Source: an uncultured Myxococcaceae bacterium
Lineage (GTDB): Bacteria > Myxococcota > Myxococcia > Myxococcales > Myxococcaceae
DNA: 29,173 bases
Direction of reading: 5' to 3'
NCBI GenBank assembly: GCA_964502265.1
Contig: CAZCWA010000004.1
Location: 1,833-31,005, forward strand
In this document: in pieces, positions 8,598-16,473 of the stretch
Position numbering within the stretch: position 1 is the stretch's first letter
Layout: every line of letters starts with the position of its first letter
Made by a program: the position numbers and the translations under genes
The notes under the pieces: model-generated
Database searches by the model: none
What the model was told of the DNA's origin: nothing
The model's input: the letters and a program-made list of their open reading frames with translations, nothing else

Positions 8598-10292
8598 ATG
8601 TGGCAGCTCATCATCAATGGACCGGGGTACTTCGACACCTCGTACGATCTGCCGGACGGGGTCACCCACCTGGGACGCGCGGACGAGAACGACATCGTGC
8701 TCTCCGGCGACCTCGTGTCGCGGCGCCATGCCCGGTTCCGCGCGCGCGGTGAGTCGCTGGTGGTGGAGGACCTCGGCAGCCGCAACGGCAGCAAGCTCAA
8801 CGGCGAGCCCCTGCGCGGCCCCGCTACCCTGAAGACGGGCGACACCCTGCAGGTGGGCGAGAACACCCTCGCGGTGCGCCAGCCGAGCCAGCGCGAGTCC
8901 GCGGCCACCGAGGTGGTGAGCCTCGACGCGGGCGGCGTGCGGCGCTTCGGGCGGGGCGGGGAGATCGACGGCTCGGTGATCACCTCCCGCGCGCTGACCG
9001 ACAGTCTGGTCCTCAAGGCGCTCGACAACGTCTCGCCCAGCGCCACCACCACGCCGCCCTCGGGTGTCCCGCTGCCCTTCCCCGACGAGGTGGGCCAGCA
9101 GGTCAGCTACGAGTGGCTCCTGGCCCTCTACCGGATCAGCGAGCACCTCTCCTCCGCGCGCAGCCTGCAGGAGTTCCTCGAGCGCACCGCGGACCGGGTG
9201 ATGGAGCGCGCGCGCGCGACCACGGCGGTGGTCCTCGTCCGCCACCCCTCGGGCGTGATGGTGCCGGCGGCGGTGCGCCACAGCGGCCGGCTCGCGCGCG
9301 GCGAGGTCCCCGTCTCGGACGCGATCATCGATGCCGCGCTGGCCAACGGCGCGGCGCTGGCGGTGGCGGACGTGCGCGAGGACCTTCGCTTCGCGCAGCG
9401 CGAGAGCGTCATCCTCTACGGCGCCGACCAGGTCCTCTGCATCCCGGTGCGGCAGGGAGAGGACTTCATCGGGGTGCTCTACCTGAACCGCACCTCGCGC
9501 GACGAGGAGGACCCCTCCCACCTGCTCGACCTGTGCACCGCGGCCGCGCACCTGATCAGCACCGGCCTGCAGCGGTTCCGCGCCGAGGGCAGCCCCGCCG
9601 GCGAGCGGCTGCGGCACGCGCTCGAGCGCTTCCACCCGCCGGAGTCCATCGACCGCCGGGTGAACGAGCTTCTGGCGAACCCGCAGTCCCTCACCCGCCT
9701 CGAGGAGCGGAACGCCACCGTCGTCTCGGCGGAGCTCCCCGGCATTGCCCAGGCCGCGGTGCGCGCAGGCCCCGAGCGCGCGGCCGAAGTCCTCGCGGAC
9801 TTCCAGCAGCGGCTCGCGGGCGTGGTGTGGAGCTTCGACGGCGCGGTGCAGCGGCTCGCGGGCGATGGGCTCACCGCCGTGTTCGGCGCGCTGGAGGCGA
9901 AGGGCGACGACGCGCTCCGGGCAGTCCGCTGCGCGCTCGCGCTCCGGGCCGAGTGGGAGCGGACCGCGGCGCGGCACCCGCCGGAGCTGCGCATCCCGCT
10001 CCGCATCGCCCTGCACACCGGGAGGGTCCTCGCCGGGCACGTGGGCAACGAGGCGCGCCTGGAGCTGCTCGCGGTGGGCGAGCCCTCGCAGGTGGCGAAG
10101 TGGCTGTGCGCTTCGGCGGAGCCGGGGCAGGTCCTCATCACCGGCAAGACGCTGGCGGCGGTGGGCGCGCGGTTCGACGTCATCCCGCTCGGCGAGCGCG
10201 CGCTCGAGCCCCGCACGGGCAGGGACCGGGTGGCCGCCTTCGAGGTGGTGGAAGAGGACGCCGCCGAGCTCACCTCGCCCGGAGTGGCATGA
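8598..10292 (+). CDS. FHA + GAF + class III nucleotide-cyclase-like domain protein (catalytically degenerate)
   Basis: FHA: LGRADENDIVL..VSRRHA..DLGSRNG. GAF: VREDLRFAQRESVILYGADQVLCIPVRQGEDFIGVLYL. Cyclase fold: GDGLTAVFG..LRIALHTGRVLAGHVG..PGQVLITGKT. Confidence 0.88.
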   Translation: MWQLIINGPGYFDTSYDLPDGVTHLGRADENDIVLSGDLVSRRHARFRARGESLVVEDLGSRNGSKLNGEPLRGPATLKTGDTLQVGENTLAVRQPSQRESAATEVVSLDAGGVRRFGRGGEIDGSVITSRALTDSLVLKALDNVSPSATTTPPSGVPLPFPDEVGQQVSYEWLLALYRISEHLSSARSLQEFLERTADRVMERARATTAVVLVRHPSGVMVPAAVRHSGRLARGEVPVSDAIIDAALANGAALAVADVREDLRFAQRESVILYGADQVLCIPVRQGEDFIGVLYLNRTSRDEEDPSHLLDLCTAAAHLISTGLQRFRAEGSPAGERLRHALERFHPPESIDRRVNELLANPQSLTRLEERNATVVSAELPGIAQAAVRAGPERAAEVLADFQQRLAGVVWSFDGAVQRLAGDGLTAVFGALEAKGDDALRAVRCALALRAEWERTAARHPPELRIPLRIALHTGRVLAGHVGNEARLELLAVGEPSQVAKWLCASAEPGQVLITGKTLAAVGARFDVIPLGERALEPRTGRDRVAAFEVVEEDAAELTSPGVA

Positions 10293-12490
10293 TCCCCAAC
10301 CCGAACAGCGCGCGGCTGAGGCCCTTCCGGCCCAGCCCCTTCGGCCGCTACACGCTGCTCACGCCGCTGTCCGTCGGCGGGATGGGGGAGATCTTCCTCG
10401 CGCGGCTGGAGGGGCCGGGCGGCTTCCAGAAGCTGTGCGTGATCAAGAAGATCCTCCCCGCGCTGGCGCAGGATCCGGAGTTCGTCGAGCGCTTCGTCAA
10501 CGAGGCGCGCACCCTGGTCAAGCTCTCGCACGGCGCCATCGCCCAGGTGCTGGACATGGGGCTGCACGAGGGCGACCCGTACCTCGCGCTGGAGTTCGTG
10601 GACGGCAAGGACCTGCGCAAGGTCTCCGCCCGCGCGCGCGAACGGGGCGAGCCGCTGCCGCCGGGCTTCGCGCTCTACGTGATGGGCCGGCTGCTCGACG
10701 CGCTGGCCTACGCGCACAGAAAGCGCGACGAGGACGACCGCGAGCTGGGCCTCGTGCACCGGGACGTCTCGCCGCAGAACGTGCTCATCTCCTACGAGGG
10801 CGAGGTCAAGATCATCGACTTCGGCCTCGCCAAGAGCTCGCTCAACAGCGCGCGCACCAACCCGAGCATGATCCTCGGGAAGTTCCTCTACATGTCCCCG
10901 GAGCAGGCGCGGCACCAGAAGGTGGACCGGCGCGCGGACCTCTACGCGGCGGGCCTGTGCCTCTACGAGCTCGTCGCCGGCCGGCACCCGTTCGAGGACG
11001 TGCCCTCGCACGCGCTGATCACCGCGGTCGCCAACCCCGACGTGGTGCCGCTGCGCGAGGCGGTGCCCGACTGCCCCGTCGAGATCCACGACCTGGTGAT
11101 GCGCGCCCTGGAGGTGGAGCCGGCGAAGCGCTTCCAGACCGCCGAGGAGTTCCGCGCGAAGGTGGGCGCAGCGCTGCTGCAGCTCGATCCCGAGGCCGGC
11201 CCGGAGAGCACCAGCCGCCACATGCGCGCGCTGTTCGGAGCCGAGTTCGCCCAGGAGCGCAAGCTGCTGATCGGCCTGCGGTCGGCGCAGCCGCCGGAGG
11301 GACTGGTCGAGAGCGAGCCGGCGGTGGTGGTGGTGAAGGCGCCCGAGACCCTGCCCCGGGAGGGCGAGCGCGACACCGCGGTGGTGCCCCTGGAGCAGCT
11401 CGCGCGCGACGCCGAGGCCGCGCTGGCGCTGCAGTCCGGTGCCTCGCTGAAGCTCACGCCGAAGCTCGGGCCGCAGCCGGTGCAGGGGCCGATCCTCGCC
11501 GCGCCGCTCTCGTTCGCGCCCACCCCACGCACCACGCCGCCGCCCACCTTCGCGCCTGAGCAGGACGGAGACCGCGAGACCGTGCCCGGCGTGGTGCTGG
11601 GCACGCCGCTCCCCGAAGGTGAGCCTACGCCGCTGGGGGCCGACATGCCGTTGCCCACCTCCGAGCTGCCGGTGCTCGACCCGTCCGCGCTCCAGTTCGA
11701 TCCGGACGAGGAGCTCGCCGCCGCGCGCCGGGACGGGACCATGCCCCGCGTGGTGATCGCCGACCTCCCGCGGATCGAGGACACGCAGCCGCAGGTGATC
11801 GTCGGCAGCCTTCTCGAAGAGGCGCAGCCGGCGGACACGCGGCCGCCCGTCCGGAAGCGGACCGGCCTGCGCGTGCTGCTCGGCGCCTCGACCGTGCTCC
11901 TGCTCGCCGCCACCGCGGGCGCCTTCTGGGTGACGCAGCAGGGAGGCAGGGCGGGGGACACGCCGGGGGCCACGCAGCCGCCGCCGCAGCCGGTGACGCA
12001 GAGCCCGGCGCTGCCCTCGCCGCCGCCCGACGTGCGCGCGCCCTTCGCCACCCTGCCCGCCGTCCCCGAGTTGCCTGCGATGCCGGAGCCGGAGCCTGTG
12101 CCCGCGAACGCGATCGGAGACGAGGACGAGCTCCTCGGCGAGCTGCTCGCGGCGGCGGGGACGCCGGAGGGCGAGGAGGGAGAGGGCGCGGGCGTGTTGG
12201 CGCTGCTCGAGGTCTCGCCCGCCTCCGCGAGCCCGAAGCGGAAGGGACAGAAGAAGCTCACCGCGCGCGAGGTGCAGCGGGAGTGGTCCCAGCTCCAGGC
12301 GGTGATGGGGCGGGTGGAGCGCCGGTACGGCTGCGACCACGAGAAGCTGGAGGCGCTGTGCAGCAAGCGGGACTGGCTGCGGGCGGACCTGCGCAAGGTG
12401 AAGCGCGCGTCGCAGTCGGAGCTGGCCTCGATGCGGTCGCAGATGCGCGAGCTGCGGATGAAGGCGGCGCGCGTGGAGAAGGGCCGCTAG
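10289..12490 (+). CDS. Hanks-type Ser/Thr protein kinase with Pro-rich linker, one TM helix and C-terminal extracytoplasmic region
   Basis: GGMGEIF, VIKK, HRDVSPQNVL, DFG and YMSPEQ all intact; TM VLLGASTVLLLAATAGAFWV; ATGA overlap with the FHA gene. Confidence 0.93.
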   Translation: MIPNPNSARLRPFRPSPFGRYTLLTPLSVGGMGEIFLARLEGPGGFQKLCVIKKILPALAQDPEFVERFVNEARTLVKLSHGAIAQVLDMGLHEGDPYLALEFVDGKDLRKVSARARERGEPLPPGFALYVMGRLLDALAYAHRKRDEDDRELGLVHRDVSPQNVLISYEGEVKIIDFGLAKSSLNSARTNPSMILGKFLYMSPEQARHQKVDRRADLYAAGLCLYELVAGRHPFEDVPSHALITAVANPDVVPLREAVPDCPVEIHDLVMRALEVEPAKRFQTAEEFRAKVGAALLQLDPEAGPESTSRHMRALFGAEFAQERKLLIGLRSAQPPEGLVESEPAVVVVKAPETLPREGERDTAVVPLEQLARDAEAALALQSGASLKLTPKLGPQPVQGPILAAPLSFAPTPRTTPPPTFAPEQDGDRETVPGVVLGTPLPEGEPTPLGADMPLPTSELPVLDPSALQFDPDEELAAARRDGTMPRVVIADLPRIEDTQPQVIVGSLLEEAQPADTRPPVRKRTGLRVLLGASTVLLLAATAGAFWVTQQGGRAGDTPGATQPPPQPVTQSPALPSPPPDVRAPFATLPAVPELPAMPEPEPVPANAIGDEDELLGELLAAAGTPEGEEGEGAGVLALLEVSPASASPKRKGQKKLTAREVQREWSQLQAVMGRVERRYGCDHEKLEALCSKRDWLRADLRKVKRASQSELASMRSQMRELRMKAARVEKGR

Positions 12491-12494
12491 CGCC

Positions 12495-13292
12495 GTGACG
12501 AAGGTCCTCGAAGCCGAGCGCGTCACCGCGTCCTTCGGCGCGCGCAGCGTGGTGCGCGGCGTGGACCTCGTCGTGCGTCCGGGCGAGCTGTGGGCCGTGC
12601 TGGGCCCGAACGGCGCGGGCAAGAGCACCTTCCTCCGGGTCGCGCTCGGGCTGCATCCGAAGGACGGCGGCGCGCTGCGCCTGTTCGGGACGGCGGTGGA
12701 GACGTGGGGACGCAAGGCGCTCGCCCAGAAGGTGGCGTGGGTGCCGCAGCACTTCGAGCCGGTGTTCGGCTTCACCGGCCTCGAGCTGGTGGCGATGGGC
12801 CGCGCGCCGCACCTGGGCACCTTCGGGATGACCTCGGAGGGGGACGTGCAGGCCGCGCGCGAGGCGATGGAGGCGCTCGACGTGGCGCACCTCGCGCACA
12901 GGCCGGCCTCGCAGATGTCGGGCGGCGAGATGCGGCTGCTCGTCCTCGCGCGCGCGCTGGTGCAGCGGCCGGAGCTGCTCTTCCTCGACGAGCCCACCGC
13001 GTTCCTCGACCTGCGCCACCAGGTCGAGTCCCTCCGCCTCGTCCGCGCGCGCGTCCGTCAGGGCCTCGCCGCGGTGGCGGTCCTCCACGACGTGAACCTC
13101 GCCGCCGCCTTCGCCGACCGCGTGCTGCTCCTGCGCGACGGCGAGGTCCTCGCGCAGGGCACGCCGGACGAGACGCTGGACGCGAAGACGCTGGGAGAGC
13201 TGTACGGGATTCCCATGCAGGTCGCCCGCGCCGAGGACGGACAGGCCCTCTTCGCCCCCGCCACCGGCGCCGAGGTGGAGCCCGCACGATGA
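12495..13292 (+). CDS. btuD: ABC transporter ATP-binding protein (BtuD/FecE family)
   Basis: Walker A GPNGAGKS, signature MSGGE, Walker B LFLDEP, H-loop VLHD; starts 4 bp after the kinase stop. Confidence 0.88.
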   Translation: MTKVLEAERVTASFGARSVVRGVDLVVRPGELWAVLGPNGAGKSTFLRVALGLHPKDGGALRLFGTAVETWGRKALAQKVAWVPQHFEPVFGFTGLELVAMGRAPHLGTFGMTSEGDVQAAREAMEALDVAHLAHRPASQMSGGEMRLLVLARALVQRPELLFLDEPTAFLDLRHQVESLRLVRARVRQGLAAVAVLHDVNLAAAFADRVLLLRDGEVLAQGTPDETLDAKTLGELYGIPMQVARAEDGQALFAPATGAEVEPAR

Positions 13293-14086
13293 AGCGGGGG
13301 AGCAGGTGGCTTCTCGCCGCGCTCGCCTCTGCGGCTGTGCACGCGGGCGGGGTGGGCGCGCTGTGGGCGCTCCGTGCGGGGGCGCCGACCATCACTCCGC
13401 CCGCCATCGCGCCCGCCGCCGCCCCGGAGCCATTGCAGGTGGCGCTCTTCACCGTGACGAAGCCCGCGGCGGCCGCAGCGAGCCCGGCCGATAAGCCCGC
13501 CGCGCCGGCATTGGAGGTCCGCCCCGCCCGGGCGACTCGACGGAGCCCGCCCGCGCCCACTGCCGCGGCACCTGCGCCGTCCGAGCCGTCCGTGCCGGCA
13601 CCCTCCGCGGCTCACCCGTCACCTACGATCGATTCGCCCGAGCCGCCCGCTCCCGAGGCGACGGTCGACGCTTCAGACGCTGAGGGCGCGGCGGCGGGCG
13701 GAGCACCGTCGGGCATGGAGGAGACCGGATCGGGGGAGGGCGGGGGCGGGGGCGCCTCGACAGGCGGCGGGACGATGACCGCCGGGAGCGGTGGCACGGG
13801 GAGCGCGACGGCGGCCGAAGATCTCCGCCCGCTCACCGAGGCGCTGCGCCGTTCCGCGGAGCGCTGCTACCCCGCGGCGGCGGCGCGGTATCGACTGACG
13901 GGGACGGCGTCGATCTCGTTCTGCGTGGAGCCGGGCGGGAGCTTCTCGGCACTCCGGCTGGAGCGCACGAGCGGCCACAGCCTTCTCGATCGCGCGGCGG
14001 TGTCCTGCGTGGTCCCCGGCGCGGTCCCCCTCCGCGTCTCGCCGGGCTGCTTCACCCTGCCGGTGGCGTTCGAACCGGGGCGCTGA
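13289..14086 (+). CDS. tonB: TonB-family energy transducer
   Basis: N-terminal anchor with the SxxxH motif (SAAVH), Pro/Ala/Gly-rich linker, TonB_C-like YPAAAARYRLTGTASISFCVEPGG..RTSGHSLLDRAA; ATGA overlap with btuD. Confidence 0.82.
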   Translation: MKRGSRWLLAALASAAVHAGGVGALWALRAGAPTITPPAIAPAAAPEPLQVALFTVTKPAAAAASPADKPAAPALEVRPARATRRSPPAPTAAAPAPSEPSVPAPSAAHPSPTIDSPEPPAPEATVDASDAEGAAAGGAPSGMEETGSGEGGGGGASTGGGTMTAGSGGTGSATAAEDLRPLTEALRRSAERCYPAAAARYRLTGTASISFCVEPGGSFSALRLERTSGHSLLDRAAVSCVVPGAVPLRVSPGCFTLPVAFEPGR

Positions 14087-14102
14087 GAACCGGAAGTATA
14101 GT

Positions 14103-14175
14103 GCACGTCCCCACCCGCTGCCTGGTCCGGCTCAGAGGGGGCAAGGAGCGCCGGAGCAGACGGATGGGGACGTGC
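14103..14175. repeat. Long imperfect inverted repeat (terminator-like or REP-like hairpin) after tonB
   Basis: GCACGTCCCCA (14103-14113)/TGGGGACGTGC (14165-14175) plus inner stems 14115-17/14161-63, 14118-21/14156-59, 14126-30/14151-55, 14131-33/14146-48 (26 bp total); no U-tract. Confidence 0.6.
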
Positions 14176-14409
14176 GGTCCCTCGAACGTGTGCACCATTC
14201 GCGCGGAGGTCAGAGCGGTGGGCGGCCGTCCGGACAGCAGGCGGCCCGGGAAGGCAGGCCTCCTTGCTCGAGCTGCAAGCTTCGACGGAACGCTCCCTAT
14301 CCCCGTCCGTCCGGCGCTGTTCCGCAGCGGATCGCCCGTCACTTTTCGCCGCGCTTGGCCTGTCTGCGGGCGGTCCCATCCGCTCGGGGTCGGATAGGGT
14401 CCCGCGCCC

Positions 14410-16473
14410 ATGGACTGGCGCGGCGTCATCGAGCGGCTGATTGCCGCCCTCAACCGCATCCGCCTGCCGGGTCCCTCGGTGCTTCCGGTGGCGGGGGCGG
14501 TGGTGGGGCTGTACGCGGGGCTGGCGGCGGGGCTCTTCTCCAACCTCATCTCGCTGGTGAGCGGGATGGCCTTCGCGCCGGCGCGGCTGTTCACGACCTT
14601 CGCGCCGGGCTCGGGCGGGATTCGCACGGTGTGGGAGGCGTTCGCGTCCGCGCAGTGGCACTCGGAGCTGGCGGTGGTGGGGGTGCCGCTGGCGGCAGGC
14701 GCGCTGCTGCTCACCCGCTACATCGAGCCCGGCGGCGTGCGCGACGTGGTGCGCAGAAGGCTGCGGGTGCTGGCCTTGCTGGTGCTCGGCGCGCTGGGCC
14801 TCTACTACCCGATGGTCGCGCTCACCGCGCTCAACACGGTGCTCGGCCAGTCGCAGGATCTCGTCGAGGCGGTGCAGCAGCTCCCCTGGTGGCTCGCGCT
14901 GCTGGCGCCGGCGGTGGGCGGCGTGCTGGTGGGCTACATCCTCCGCAACCATCCGGAGACGCACGGCCACGGGGTCCCCGAGGTGGTGCTGGCGGTGCGG
15001 CGCGCGCAGGACGGGCTGCCGGCCGAGGGCGGCGTGCTCAAGCTCTTCGCCTCGGCGGTGACCATCGGCTCGGGCGGCTCGGCGGGGCGCGAGGGCCCCA
15101 TCGTCTACGGCGGCGCGGCGTTCGGCTCGGCGGTGGGACGCACGCTCGGGTTCACGCGGAAGGAGCTGTCCATCCTGCTCGCCGCCGGCGCGGGCGCGGG
15201 CATCTCGGCCTCGTTCAACGCACCCGTCGCGGGCGCGGTGTTCGCGATGGAGATCATCCTCCGCGAGTTCGAGATGAAGGTCTTCTCGCCGATCATCCTC
15301 GCCTGCGTGACGGCGACGATCGTCGGGCGCGGCGTGCTCGGCGACGGGCCGATCCTCCGGCGGATCGACTACCAGATGGTGAGCGGCTGGGAGGTGCTGC
15401 TCTACGTGCTGCTCGGGCTGGTGGTGGGGCTCATCGCCTACGCCTTCATCCGGATGCTCCACCACTCCGAGGGCTTCTTCGCCGGCCGCTTCGCCAACCC
15501 GGTCTCGAAGTTCCTCGGCGGCCTCTCGCTCCCGCAGCGCGCGGGCCTGGGCGGGCTCATCGTCGGCGGGATGGTGCTGCTCAACCCGGTGGTCTGGGGC
15601 AGCGGGCACGAGTACGTGAACCTCGCGGCGGTGCGGCAGCTCCCCTTCTGGTTCCTCGTCGCCGCGTGCGCGCTGAAGCTGGTGGCCACGGCGATCACCA
15701 TCGGGTCGGGGGGCTCGGGCGGGACGTTCTTCCCCTCGGCGGTGATCGGCGCGATGGCGGGCGGCGCGTTCGGCGAAGTCGCCCACGGGCTCTTTCCCAC
15801 CGCGACCGCCCCCAGCGGCGCATACGCGATGGTGGGGATGGGGGGCGCTGTGGCCGCGCTCACCCGCGGTCCGCTGATGGGGATGATCATGCTCTACGAG
15901 CTGTCGGGGAACTACGCGATCATCCTCCCCCTGATGGTCACCTGCACCATCGCCTCCGCGCTCTGCCACACGCTCGCCGAGCGCCGCGCGCCGAAGATGC
16001 TCTCCGACGCGGAGCTGCTGGCGAAGACGCGGGTGGGGCGGCTGATGATCCCTTCCACGGGCGTGCCGCGGGATCTCGGGTTGCGGGCGCTGGTGGACAG
16101 GCTGCTCGAGTCGGAGGACGGGGTGGTGCCGGTGGTGGACGCGGTGGGAAAGCCGCTGGGCATCGTGCAGGTGGAGCACGTGCGCGACGTGTGGCGGGAC
16201 CCCGGGGCCGCGCACGACGCGATGTTCGCGGTGGACGTGGTGCGCCGCGTCCCCGTCGCCACGCCCGACACCGATCTGCGCACCGCGCTCGGGTGGATGG
16301 ACGAGGAGGAGGTCGACGCGCTGCCGGTGGTCGCGCCGTCTCCGTCCGGCTCTTCGTCGGGCACAGAGGCGCTCCACCTGCTCACCCGCGGCGCCATCCG
16401 CAGGCTGCTCCACACCGCGCACCAGAAGGCGCACGAGCGAGGCCAGCACCCCGTCGCCGCCGCCGAGCTGTGA
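14410..16473 (+). CDS. ClC chloride channel/antiporter with C-terminal CBS pair
   Basis: GHGVPEV, GSGGSAGREGP, AAGAGAGISASFNAPVAG, GSGGSGGTFFP, GNYAIILPL; C-terminal CBS-like VVPVVDAVGKPLGIV and VDALPVV. Confidence 0.93.
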   Translation: MDWRGVIERLIAALNRIRLPGPSVLPVAGAVVGLYAGLAAGLFSNLISLVSGMAFAPARLFTTFAPGSGGIRTVWEAFASAQWHSELAVVGVPLAAGALLLTRYIEPGGVRDVVRRRLRVLALLVLGALGLYYPMVALTALNTVLGQSQDLVEAVQQLPWWLALLAPAVGGVLVGYILRNHPETHGHGVPEVVLAVRRAQDGLPAEGGVLKLFASAVTIGSGGSAGREGPIVYGGAAFGSAVGRTLGFTRKELSILLAAGAGAGISASFNAPVAGAVFAMEIILREFEMKVFSPIILACVTATIVGRGVLGDGPILRRIDYQMVSGWEVLLYVLLGLVVGLIAYAFIRMLHHSEGFFAGRFANPVSKFLGGLSLPQRAGLGGLIVGGMVLLNPVVWGSGHEYVNLAAVRQLPFWFLVAACALKLVATAITIGSGGSGGTFFPSAVIGAMAGGAFGEVAHGLFPTATAPSGAYAMVGMGGAVAALTRGPLMGMIMLYELSGNYAIILPLMVTCTIASALCHTLAERRAPKMLSDAELLAKTRVGRLMIPSTGVPRDLGLRALVDRLLESEDGVVPVVDAVGKPLGIVQVEHVRDVWRDPGAAHDAMFAVDVVRRVPVATPDTDLRTALGWMDEEEVDALPVVAPSPSGSSSGTEALHLLTRGAIRRLLHTAHQKAHERGQHPVAAAEL

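Noticed and set aside
14101-14397. 98-aa ORF in the tonB-ClC gap
   Set aside because: No SD, shadow-like composition, no recognisable motif; overlaps the hairpins.
14087-14409. Fluoride (crcB) riboswitch upstream of the ClC gene
   Set aside because: No GAUGG..CGCC..AAC..GCUAAUGAC-type pattern seen, and the ClC has GREGP/GHGVP rather than ClC-F signatures.
18-16449. Very long alternative-frame ORFs (e.g. 18..1163 extension, 2374..3894, 4725..6530, 7893..10040, 9479..12997, 13867..16449)
   Set aside because: Arg/Ala/Pro/Gly-rich shadow frames expected in high-GC DNA; each overlaps a gene with clear family motifs.
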